Shown: one piece after another, positions 10,349 to 19,804 of the stretch
How positions within the stretch are numbered: the first letter of the stretch is position 1
Layout of the letters: each line of letters starts with the position of its first letter
IMG/VR virus record: IMGVR_UViG_3300037606_000123
Coordinates: 1-64,000 of that record
DNA from: a virus
Direction: 5' to 3' (one strand)
Length of the DNA stretch: 64,000 bases
Program-made: the position numbers and the translations under genes
The notes under the pieces: generated by a model
Database searches by the model: none
What the model was told of the DNA's origin: nothing
What the model saw: the letters and a program-made list of their open reading frames with translations, nothing else

Positions 10349-11194
10349 ATGAAAACATTAATAAAACAATTAAAAGGGAAAAATAAGGCTGGTAAAAAAA
10401 TTCTTATTATTGCTGGAGTTCATGGAGATGAGATTACACCGGTGTATATGCTTGCTAAAATGTTAAAGGATAATGATTTTGATCATAATCTTAAAAATGT
10501 TAATAGTATAACTATTATAAATGGTCTTAATATATCTGGTCTTAAGGGAAAGGTAAGAGATGTAGTTTCTAATTCAACACAAGACTTGAATAGAATTTTA
10601 TCTAATGATCCAGAAGAAAATTGTATTGAATTATTGAAAGAGTATATTAAAAAAAACGATGTTATAATTGACATACATTCTTCTCCAACATGTACAGAAT
10701 TTGCACTTGTAGATATTGATGAATATACTCAGTTAGTTAGTGATTGGTGTAAAAAAGCAGATGTTAGCTGTGCATTTAGATATTCAGGAGCAAATACAAT
10801 TAAAAGATATTGTCTTGAAAATGGTAAACTTGCTGTCACTCTTGAGATAAATAAAATGAATGTAGTAGATAAAATTTCAGTATTTAAAAGCTCAAAAATG
10901 ATTGTTAAACTAATTGATGCTTCTGTTGATGTTAATCTTTTGAAATCTGTGTTAACTGAAACAATTAAGCCTATGGTAGAGATTAAAACATATTATACTG
11001 GGCTTATAGAAACAGATCTTAAAAACGGTGACATTATTAATCTTGGAGTTATTCTTTATACTGTATTGAATTTTGAAGGCGAATTAATTTCCAAAGTGAA
11101 AGCTAGTAAGTCTGATTGCGGCCTTATTTTGTGTGAACCAAACAATCATTTTATAACTAGAGGAGATACATTATTTTTAATACAACCATTATAG
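10349..11194 (+). CDS. Succinylglutamate desuccinylase/aspartoacylase-family (M14-like) zinc hydrolase
   Basis: IAGVHGDE (HxxE), DLNR, IDIHS, VTLE motifs and a C-terminal hybrid-motif-like domain. Confidence 0.8.
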   Translation: MKTLIKQLKGKNKAGKKILIIAGVHGDEITPVYMLAKMLKDNDFDHNLKNVNSITIINGLNISGLKGKVRDVVSNSTQDLNRILSNDPEENCIELLKEYIKKNDVIIDIHSSPTCTEFALVDIDEYTQLVSDWCKKADVSCAFRYSGANTIKRYCLENGKLAVTLEINKMNVVDKISVFKSSKMIVKLIDASVDVNLLKSVLTETIKPMVEIKTYYTGLIETDLKNGDIINLGVILYTVLNFEGELISKVKASKSDCGLILCEPNNHFITRGDTLFLIQPL

Positions 11195-11410
11195 TTGGGT
11201 TATTAGAAAAATAGTTAATGAATTATTTTTTTATTCATTTATTATATGTATCTTTATATTATGAAAAAAGTAAGAGTTACAAAAAGTAATTGAGATGTTT
11301 AACAATAAAAAAAAATAATTACTGTAGATAATACTAACTAAAAAATAATTAGTGAATAATTATTTTTATTGGAATATTATACGTATCTTTATAATCTAAA
11401 TTATATAAGT

Positions 11411-11818
11411 ATGAGTATTATAGTTAATGTAAAAGATGTGAATGATTTTGGAAAGGTTTCAATTAATCCGAGTGTATCACAATACCAACAGACAGGTAAA
11501 CGACCGACGAAGAATGATATTATGATTTATTATTATCCAAAAATTGGTAATAGTAATGGTCCATCTGTTGGTATTTATCAAGTTATAGCGGAAACTAAAT
11601 CCGAAGGACAAGGTACAGTATATGGTTATTTTCAAGGAACGATGCGCAATTTATTAGGCACACGTGATGCTATAACTGTAATAAATGATATGATTAAATT
11701 TAATAAAGACTTGGGTACAAGAATAGATAATACTATTTATGATTTACAAAAAAAATACAATCCTGAGATTTTTAAAAACATTATCGAAGAAACTAATTTA
11801 GATATTACTGAAATATAG
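11411..11818 (+). CDS. Hypothetical protein
   Basis: ORF 11369..11818; MSIIV likely start after TATCTTTA promoter-like site. Confidence 0.65.
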   Translation: MSIIVNVKDVNDFGKVSINPSVSQYQQTGKRPTKNDIMIYYYPKIGNSNGPSVGIYQVIAETKSEGQGTVYGYFQGTMRNLLGTRDAITVINDMIKFNKDLGTRIDNTIYDLQKKYNPEIFKNIIEETNLDITEI

Positions 11819-11866
11819 TAATAGTTCTGAATGTTATTTATAAACAAAACATATTAAATTATGAAA

Positions 11867-11901
11867 TAAAAAAATGCAAGATTTAAATCTTGCATTTTTT
11901 T
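11867..11901. terminator. Bidirectional intrinsic terminator
   Basis: A-tract TGCAAGAT/ATCTTGCA T-tract between convergent genes. Confidence 0.8.
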
Positions 11902-11914
11902 ATTTATGTAATAA

Positions 11915-12385
11915 TTACATAGTTGGGGCTTTACTTGAAGGACCACCGGTATCATCTGATTGTGTAATTAATTTTTTATCTTTTACTATATTTAAGTACT
12001 GACATGGAATATATACCATGTCTGGTAATATTGATATATTATCTGTTTTAGGCATTACACCGATATATACACACCCGTTTAGATATTCTATACGTTCTAA
12101 TGCAACGCCTTTAAAACCGCTTACGTGTTTAACTGTATTACCTAGTATAATATCTGTATGAGCTAATTGAGATGCAGAACATGTATTATGTTCTGTTGAT
12201 TTTAGTAATCCTTTATCATACCAAATTGTATTGATTGGATCACCGTCAGGTTTAAAACCTGACGGTGTTATTGCATATTGTACAGTACCATTTAATGTTT
12301 TTGATTTACCAGTAACAACACCAGTCATTCCATTAATGATATGTATTGCGGACATACCAATTTTAATTTTATTTATATCTATCAT
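11915..12385 (-). CDS. Hypothetical protein with an internally duplicated small beta-domain
   Basis: IKIGMSAIHIINGMTGVV..LNGTVQYAITP repeated as IILGNTVKHVSGFKGVA..LNGCVYIGVMP. Confidence 0.75.
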   Translation of the reverse strand: MIDINKIKIGMSAIHIINGMTGVVTGKSKTLNGTVQYAITPSGFKPDGDPINTIWYDKGLLKSTEHNTCSASQLAHTDIILGNTVKHVSGFKGVALERIEYLNGCVYIGVMPKTDNISILPDMVYIPCQYLNIVKDKKLITQSDDTGGPSSKAPTM

Positions 12386-12700
12386 TATTTATTTATTTGT
12401 TTATTTTATCCTAGTTCTTTTACTCTATACGTTCTCTTTTTTGAATCTTGCCAAATACTTCTACAATTTAATTGTTTGATTTCATCACCATGTACATTAC
12501 CATGAAATACTAAATTTCGTTTTAATGCTTCTTCAATGCTTATAATTTTAAATGTTCTAATATACCATTCTTTCATACGTTTTCTTTTTTATAATTTTTT
12601 TATATGTAATACTTTATTTCATACTACAAATATACAAATAATAAATGAATAAAAAAAATTATAATATTTATATATAAATATAAATTAAACTATTATAAAT

Positions 12701-13336
12701 ATGATAACTACTATACGTGAATTTTTAAATAAACAGAAAATAATTAATGAAGCATCATTTAATAGTTTTTCTAATGATGATATTTTGAGTGATAAATACA
12801 TTAAAGATTTTATTAATCGTGATGATTTATCTAATGATTTACTTGATTTATTTATTGAATATGATAATTTGGATGAAGATAATAAAGAAGAAATAGAAGA
12901 ATCAGAAGATTATTATAATTTTATTAAAAATGAATTAGAAAGAAATTTAGAAAATGCTAAAGAAAATATATATGATAAAATTGACTACAATACAGATAAA
13001 ATAACTATATACAGAGCAATTACTGTTGATGACAATTGGATCCAACATTTAGTAACACAAGGTAAAAGGTTGGGTATTTATTGGTCTTGGGATAAAAGTG
13101 GAGCTGATGCTCATTGGGGTTATAATTCAAATAAAAAAACAGCTGTAGTAAAAATAGAAATTGATGAAAAATACATTGATTGGGTAAATACATTACAAAT
13201 GAATATGCACCCCAATTATACACATGAAAAAGAAATTCGGTTATTTAAAAATACAAAAATTAAAATAAAATCAATTAAAATTGATGATGTTAAAATTGAC
13301 ATATCAAAATTAAAAAATAAAGTTTTTTATTCTTAA
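12701..13336 (+). CDS. Hypothetical protein with CTS-like N-terminus (MITTIREFL..IINE)
   Basis: 211 aa; IYRAI..LGIYWSW..EKEIRL may be ADP-ribosyltransferase-like (unverified). Confidence 0.7.
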   Translation: MITTIREFLNKQKIINEASFNSFSNDDILSDKYIKDFINRDDLSNDLLDLFIEYDNLDEDNKEEIEESEDYYNFIKNELERNLENAKENIYDKIDYNTDKITIYRAITVDDNWIQHLVTQGKRLGIYWSWDKSGADAHWGYNSNKKTAVVKIEIDEKYIDWVNTLQMNMHPNYTHEKEIRLFKNTKIKIKSIKIDDVKIDISKLKNKVFYS

Positions 13337-13418
13337 TTTTATTTCATACTACAAATATATAAATAAAGTATTACATATAAATTTTTTTTTATTCATTTAT
13401 TATTTGTACATTTGTAAT

Positions 13419-13793
13419 ATGGCATATAAAATAGGTGATAAAGTTTGGGTAAAACCAATAGATTGGCAAGATTTAATAGGTGTTGTTATAGGATTTCAAC
13501 AAGTAGAACCATACAATCCTATAATAGAAATTGATTATTTAGATAAAAAAATAATAAAAGCGTTCAGTCTAAATGAAATAAATCCATTTGTTGAAAATAA
13601 TTTCAAAAAACAGATAATCACCATTCTACAAGACAATTCAAAAGATGGTTGGGATGGTAATATAGAAGCTGTTGCATATGTTGATTTTGAAAAAGTGGCT
13701 AAAGATTTGGAAGCGATGTTTTCAAAATCAATTGGTTTAAATATAGAAGACAAGCTTTGTAGTAATTGTAAATTTAAAACAGAACAAAATTGA
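13419..13793 (+). CDS. Hypothetical protein
   Basis: MAYKIGDKVWVK begins 4 nt after TACATTTG promoter. Confidence 0.65.
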   Translation: MAYKIGDKVWVKPIDWQDLIGVVIGFQQVEPYNPIIEIDYLDKKIIKAFSLNEINPFVENNFKKQIITILQDNSKDGWDGNIEAVAYVDFEKVAKDLEAMFSKSIGLNIEDKLCSNCKFKTEQN

Positions 13794-13883
13794 TAGTAAA
13801 TTAATAGCTTATATAAAATAATTAGTTAAATTGTTTTTATATTAAAATATTATGTGTATCTTTATAATCTAAATAATAAAATT

Positions 13884-14360
13884 ATGAGTAAAATATTTTT
13901 TGAAGATTTTGAAGATTTTACACCGGATTTTACACCTATTGAAATATTAAAATTAGGTTCTTTTGGTGGTACTTATTTTTATAATATTAAAATAATTGAA
14001 CCATGGAATACAGTAGTTCCAGATGTGTTTTATAAATTGGTATTAGAGCAACTATCACCAAAATTATATGTTAATATAAAATATAATACTTTATATAATA
14101 AACATAAAGTTAAATGTGGTTCTAACTATGATGAATGGTTGTATAGTGGTTGGATCAGATACCAAGATCCATATGGTTGGTATAATTGGTATGTGAATTT
14201 TTACTATGGTAGACGATCAGTAGATGATATAAGACAAATTAGTAGATGGTTTTCATTCAAAGCTAGACATTCTGCAATGTATATCAAATTTCCAAATTCA
14301 AAAAAAACAATGCAAAATTTACTACATTGGGGTATCAATTATGATAAAATAAAAAAATAA
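13884..14360 (+). CDS. Conserved protein of unknown function
   Basis: FTPDFTP..LGSFGGTYF..KCG..QDPYGWYNWY..YYGRRSVDDIRQISRW. Confidence 0.75.
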   Translation: MSKIFFEDFEDFTPDFTPIEILKLGSFGGTYFYNIKIIEPWNTVVPDVFYKLVLEQLSPKLYVNIKYNTLYNKHKVKCGSNYDEWLYSGWIRYQDPYGWYNWYVNFYYGRRSVDDIRQISRWFSFKARHSAMYIKFPNSKKTMQNLLHWGINYDKIKK

Positions 14361-14420
14361 TGATTATATTTGTGTATAATTATGATAAAATAAAAAAATA
14401 ATGATTATATTTGTGTATAA
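14339..14420 (+). repeat. Perfect 41-bp tandem duplication containing a TATATTTG promoter
   Basis: TTATGATAAAATAAAAAAATAATGATTATATTTGTGTATAA occurs twice back to back. Confidence 0.95.
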
Positions 14421-14435
14421 CAATAAAAAATTAAT

Positions 14436-14930
14436 ATGAAAATTGAAGTTCTAAAATTAGAAACAACTGAAATATCTTGTGTTGGATATTTGACACATAT
14501 TGGAAGAAATCGTAATGATTTACGACATTTCACTATTCCATCACCTATTATATTAGATAGTATTAATGTTCATTTATATTTTATTACAAAAGATAAAATT
14601 AAAACAGGTGATGTTTTTTATAATGCTATATTGAATGCTGTATTTACAGCTACAGATAAAAATGTATCTAATTTAATTGGTGTTGAATTTTTTAAAGTTG
14701 TAACAACAACTGATACTAAATTTATAAATATACCCAAAACATCTGATGATGTTATTGATTTATATTGCCGTATACATAATGAAAGTCCTATAGTTTTATA
14801 TTCACAACAGTATGATTCTTATTGTTTTTTAAATGGATCAATGTATGAAAATGATGGTAAAGTTTCTAATGCTAATTTTCATAGTTTAGAAAAAGCTGCA
14901 AATAATTCATTTCATCCTGTATTTTTATAA
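14436..14930 (+). CDS. Hypothetical protein
   Basis: 164-aa ORF after duplicated promoter. Confidence 0.7.
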   Translation: MKIEVLKLETTEISCVGYLTHIGRNRNDLRHFTIPSPIILDSINVHLYFITKDKIKTGDVFYNAILNAVFTATDKNVSNLIGVEFFKVVTTTDTKFINIPKTSDDVIDLYCRIHNESPIVLYSQQYDSYCFLNGSMYENDGKVSNANFHSLEKAANNSFHPVFL

Positions 14931-14980
14931 TATTAAAAAAGAATTACTATCATAAATTGAAACTGTTAAAAAATAAAATT

Positions 14981-15400
14981 ATGAAAGATTTAAGAAAAGC
15001 AACCGAAAATGAAATAAACGATTTTGAAAGATTAGCTACTGATATTTTCGATTTTTTAAATAAACATTGGGATATTGAAGTTAAACCAAAAAAATATGAT
15101 AAATATTTAGAAAACTTCGAAGAATTTGAAGACATGGATAACATGGGAAAATATGAAAAAGATTTTAAAGGTTTTAAACCAGCTTGTGATGGATTATCAT
15201 TACCTGAAACTTTATCTTTACCAAATACAGCATACAGTGATGTTCATCAAAGTAGAACACCATTACAAACTTTAATTGGTGCTATCTTATCCTATGGATT
15301 AAAAATAGGTAACAGAAGAAAAGAAATTGATAAATTAGATATAGATAATATTACGAAATTAATTGAAAAAATTACTAAAATTGAAACTGTTAAAAAATAA
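14981..15400 (+). CDS. Hypothetical protein
   Basis: ORF 14957..15400; ATG at 14981 likely start. Confidence 0.7.
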   Translation: MKDLRKATENEINDFERLATDIFDFLNKHWDIEVKPKKYDKYLENFEEFEDMDNMGKYEKDFKGFKPACDGLSLPETLSLPNTAYSDVHQSRTPLQTLIGAILSYGLKIGNRRKEIDKLDIDNITKLIEKITKIETVKK

Positions 15401-15405
15401 TAATT

Positions 15406-15576
15406 ATGGCAAAAAATGAATGGATCTCTGTTGTAGATGAATTACCTACAATACAAAAATATTATAAAGTTAAATATTCAAATGGTGTAGAAGATATGAA
15501 ACCATTTAGAATACGACCAACAAAAAACATTTTAGGTTTTATGACTGAAAATGAAGTTACACATTGGAAAAAATAA
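15406..15576 (+). CDS. Small protein, DUF551-like
   Basis: MAKNEWISVVDELP...EVTHWKK; below ORF-track cutoff. Confidence 0.65.
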   Translation: MAKNEWISVVDELPTIQKYYKVKYSNGVEDMKPFRIRPTKNILGFMTENEVTHWKK

Positions 15577-15579
15577 TAT

Positions 15580-16146
15580 ATGAATAAATTAGAAATAATA
15601 AATGGTATTAATACTGAGATAAATGATAATAAATTATCACTATCTGAAATTAGTCTTAATGAAGATTATCGTAAAGAATGGAATATTCATTGTAATGATT
15701 TTTTATATTTAACTAGAAATGGAGAAATATTAAATAATAATACACTATATCGTATAGGTGGATTAAATATTTTTAAATTAAATGTTGATAAATATTTTAT
15801 ATTGATTAAACATAAAGAAGAATATTATGATAAAAAAATACTTGAATCCTCTAGTTCAAAAAACCCTAAACATTTAGAAAGTTCATGGTGTATTTTAGAT
15901 ATTTATGGTAATGAATTAATTGAATTATCAACATTTATATCTCCATACTTAGTTAAAAATAGTTGTATCTATAGTGTTAGTAATTTTTATTATAATATTG
16001 AAACTGGTGAATGTTATGGTCATACAACAAGTACAATGGAAACGTCAGAATATTTATTTTTAGATAATAAATATAATAAAGATACAGATAAAAAAGGTGT
16101 ACTTAGAATAAATAAAAGTGATGGTAAATTTAAATTATATAAATAA
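15580..16146 (+). CDS. Hypothetical protein
   Basis: 188-aa ORF. Confidence 0.7.
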   Translation: MNKLEIINGINTEINDNKLSLSEISLNEDYRKEWNIHCNDFLYLTRNGEILNNNTLYRIGGLNIFKLNVDKYFILIKHKEEYYDKKILESSSSKNPKHLESSWCILDIYGNELIELSTFISPYLVKNSCIYSVSNFYYNIETGECYGHTTSTMETSEYLFLDNKYNKDTDKKGVLRINKSDGKFKLYK

Positions 16147-16326
16147 ATTTAAGTGATAATATGTCGGGTGGTAAATCAAATACTACAATAACACAACCTG
16201 ATAGTGTTATTGTAAATAGTGTAAAAGAAGCAAAAGAATATATGGATAGTAAAATTACACCAATATATGGTTGGATTGTTACACAAAATAATAAAAAACT
16301 TTACATTTAAATGTAAAGTTTTTTTT

Positions 16327-16860
16327 TTAATTAAATATTATTTTATAAATAGAATTTTCTGTTTTAAAAATTATATGTTTCTCTGTTGTTTCTACTATTT
16401 CAGTAATGACACTGGTTCTAAAATTGTAGTAAGTTTTTGATTGAAATACATGAAAAGCATTTCCAACAATTGGCATAGTATATTCCCACATAAATCCTTC
16501 TTTAATATAACCATCAGGATATTTATCTGGTTGTGGATGTTTTGCGTCTTCTAAAGTTTTCATCTTTATCAAATTATAATTTTTTGGATAAATCATTGAA
16601 TCTTTATATTCTTTATACATTGTGTATAGTTTAGAAATTGTAACATCAATACCATCAATACCAATTTTTTTACTAATTTCATCTATATTGTTAATATCAA
16701 TTTCACATTGTTGATCTTTATCACTATCAACATTATCTGTCAATGTTATAATAGCTTTATTTTCATTTATTTTTTTAGCATAAAAAAATAAATTATCAAT
16801 CTGATAAACTAAAACAGAACTATATATTTCTAGCTTTTTAATTTTTTCTATATTTTTCAT
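16327..16860 (-). CDS. Hypothetical protein
   Basis: 177-aa ORF; C-terminal FRTSVITEI..FKTENSIYKI. Confidence 0.65.
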   Translation of the reverse strand: MKNIEKIKKLEIYSSVLVYQIDNLFFYAKKINENKAIITLTDNVDSDKDQQCEIDINNIDEISKKIGIDGIDVTISKLYTMYKEYKDSMIYPKNYNLIKMKTLEDAKHPQPDKYPDGYIKEGFMWEYTMPIVGNAFHVFQSKTYYNFRTSVITEIVETTEKHIIFKTENSIYKIIFN

Positions 16861-17155
16861 ATTATTTATATGGTATTTATATTAAATTGTTTATATGTTT
16901 TTTAATTCGTTTTTTATTTATATATTTGTTTTATGGATAATATAATAAAAATAAATAAATAAAAAATATGAAAGTTAAAATAGGTGATAAAATATTTGAT
17001 GGTAAAGATGAACCAATCATGTTAATTTTATCTGATAGCGATAAAAAAAATATTGAAAATATGTTACCAGATGCAAAAAAATATTGTCAATTTCCAGATA
17101 CAATAGATTTAGAAACAATTAAAAAATTTATGAAAACAAATTAAAATTATATTAT

Positions 17156-17395
17156 ATGAATAAAAAATTATTATTAATTCTTAAATGGATCGGTTATTCA
17201 TTAATAGTATTATATGTTTTTAATAGTTTAACATTAAAAGTATACAATATTAAACAAAAAGAGTATATTGATTTAAAACAGAAAATCAGTAAATCAACAT
17301 TAAATAAAACCACATATATTAAAAAATTAAATGAAGTTGATTCACAATTACATAATTTAGAAAAATGTTTTCTAACAAAATATATAATAAAATAA
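17156..17395 (+). CDS. Small membrane protein
   Basis: N-terminal hydrophobic helix LLLILKWIGYSLIVLYVF. Confidence 0.55.
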   Translation: MNKKLLLILKWIGYSLIVLYVFNSLTLKVYNIKQKEYIDLKQKISKSTLNKTTYIKKLNEVDSQLHNLEKCFLTKYIIK

Positions 17396-17402
17396 AAATA
17401 AT

Positions 17403-18143
17403 ATGGAAGTTAATTTAAATCGTAACGCGTGGTATAATAAATTACAAATCTGGACATTAAAAGAAAAAAAACCAAATTTATTTAATTTGTGTCCATATTT
17501 TTGGTTAACAGTTTTTTGTATAATTATAATACCATTTACATTAATTTTTAAAGTATTTAAATATTTTAAAAATATTATAGTCGAAAAACAATTAAAACAA
17601 TTAATAGAAAATTTAACATTAGATGATATATGTAATATTAAGTATAAGAATTATAAAACTAAATCTTTATTTTTAAGACATTTACATTTAATGTATATAT
17701 TTGATAAATGGTTTGATTATATGTTAACTAAAAAACATACAAAAGAAGAAATATATCTTATGATTAATAACATATATGAAATTAATTCAAATAAAATTTT
17801 AGAAAACAAAAAGAAAATAAAAATAAAAATTAAAAAACCAAATAATATTTGGTGGATTCCTGTTGTTAAATATACCAGATTAATTATTAGATTAATTATT
17901 AATATATCAATAATTAATCTAATAATTTTAATATTATTAATGTTAATAATGACAATTAATTTTAAATTTATAATTAATTTGGGTATGGGTTTAATTTTTA
18001 CATTTATTATATATTTTTTAATATTATTGATAGTATCAATAAAGCCATATATAAAAAATAAATTTAAAAGATTTTTTAAATTTTTTAAAAAAGATTATTG
18101 TCCAGGAATTAATTGGAACGATGAAAATATTGAGATAAACTAA
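17403..18143 (+). CDS. Membrane protein
   Basis: LCPYFWLTVFCIII and long C-terminal hydrophobic segments. Confidence 0.7.
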   Translation: MEVNLNRNAWYNKLQIWTLKEKKPNLFNLCPYFWLTVFCIIIIPFTLIFKVFKYFKNIIVEKQLKQLIENLTLDDICNIKYKNYKTKSLFLRHLHLMYIFDKWFDYMLTKKHTKEEIYLMINNIYEINSNKILENKKKIKIKIKKPNNIWWIPVVKYTRLIIRLIINISIINLIILILLMLIMTINFKFIINLGMGLIFTFIIYFLILLIVSIKPYIKNKFKRFFKFFKKDYCPGINWNDENIEIN

Positions 18144-18459
18144 AAATATGATTTGGATTAATATTAAAGATAAATTACCAATTGACACGACTATAAAATA
18201 TATAGTTGAAACAAAAACGATGTGTGGTAATATCCATAGATTAGAAACTAGATTTAATGGTAAATTGTTTGGTGTAAGAAATCAAATAGTTTTACGTTGG
18301 TTATTAGAATGATATTAGATGAACCAGAATATATTATTCTAAATAAATTAAAGAAAGAAAAGAAAATATATACTATTATTTTACAATTAGAAATTTATTT
18401 TATTTTCTTTCTTTTAATTTTTTATTATAAATATTTTTTATAGCATGTAAATCTGTGCA

Positions 18460-18896
18460 TTATTCATTTATATTATTTTCACGTATTGGTGTTTCTATTC
18501 CTCTTTTTTTATTTCTTTTAATTTTTTTTAATTCCTGTTCTTTATTTTTAATATTTTTTAATATTATATTTTCTTCTTCTTTAATATTAAAAATAGCTTT
18601 AATACCATCAATAGTATTTAATTTTTTATCTTCAATATAGTAATTTACTTTTTTTTCATCAGAATCATCATGTATTTTATAACTAATAACTTCATGAAAA
18701 GTTATACCATAATTATTTGATACTTCTATGTGCATCGTTTCTTTTTTTAAATCTATAATTCGACCTTGTATATTATTTGTTTTAATACGTAAAACATATT
18801 TATCTTTTTTAAATATGTTTTTTATTGTAGAAATTACACCTTCATTTATATTATTTTCATATATCGCATTTTGAATTCATTAATATTTGTTATCAT
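18460..18896 (-). pseudogene. CTS-motif gene interrupted by a 1-nt frameshift
   Basis: ATG at 18896 gives MITNINEFKMRYMKII-stop; one extra A in TTCAAAA gives a continuous frame into ORF 18460..18735. Confidence 0.7.
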
Positions 18897-19047
18897 AATT
18901 AATATTTTAATTTATATTTTAATTATATATTAATATTTTAATTTATATTTTAATTATATACATATGTAGTTAAAAACCCTTTTCTTTCTTTTAATTTTTT
19001 TTTTACAAATATTATTAATATATTTGCAATATATAAAAATAAACAAT

Positions 19048-19293
19048 ATGAGGGATATGGATTTTTTATTCGATGATTTAAAAAATGTTTTAAAAATAGA
19101 TTCTTCTTTAGCATCTATAGATGAAATAAAAGATTTATGTGATGTTAGAATAAAAACACATACAAAATTAATTGCACAAAATTTCAATATGCCTTTTTAT
19201 GTTGGTGGTATTGGGCATATGAGTGATTTTTGTCATATTCAAGAATCATACGAATTAAACGAATATAAAAAAATATTACTTAGATGTATTTAA
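19048..19293 (+). CDS. Hypothetical protein
   Basis: ORF 19024..19293; ATG at 19048 after TATATTTG promoter. Confidence 0.55.
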   Translation: MRDMDFLFDDLKNVLKIDSSLASIDEIKDLCDVRIKTHTKLIAQNFNMPFYVGGIGHMSDFCHIQESYELNEYKKILLRCI

Positions 19294-19360
19294 GTCGAGT
19301 TTAAGAACACTTATACATAAATTAATGCACTACTATATAAAATCTTAAAAATAGCTTAAA

Positions 19361-19744
19361 ATGAATGTTAAAATGATTAAAAAAGAATCATATACTATAG
19401 ATGAAGTTTTAAGTAATGTTATACCATACGACGCAAAGATTGGTAAACATTTTGTAGATTTTGATGGTGATTTAATGCGAATGGAATCACAGCGATATAA
19501 ATTATTTAAACGTGTCGGATGTACATGTATTAGTTGTGGAATTCATGGATCTTTTTTTAGAAAAGAAAGACATAAACATGATATAATGTTTCATTTTAAT
19601 TTATATGCCATTGATAATAATGGTAATGAAATATTAATGACAAAAGATCATATCATACCCAAATCTAAAGGGGGTAAAAACAATTTAAGTAATTATCAAG
19701 TGATGTGTGTTATATGTAATAATAATAAAGGAAATCAATTATAA
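19361..19744 (+). CDS. HNH endonuclease
   Basis: CxxC (CISC) plus TKDHIIPKSKGGKNNLSNYQVMCVICNNNKG. Confidence 0.9.
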   Translation: MNVKMIKKESYTIDEVLSNVIPYDAKIGKHFVDFDGDLMRMESQRYKLFKRVGCTCISCGIHGSFFRKERHKHDIMFHFNLYAIDNNGNEILMTKDHIIPKSKGGKNNLSNYQVMCVICNNNKGNQL

Positions 19745-19753
19745 TTTTATATT

Positions 19754-19786
19754 AAAAAAAAGTTCTGAAATATTTCAGAACTTTTT
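19754..19786. terminator. Bidirectional intrinsic terminator
   Basis: AAAAGTTCTGAAA/TTTCAGAACTTTT between convergent genes. Confidence 0.8.
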
Positions 19787-19804
19787 AGTATGTATAAAAA
19801 CTTA

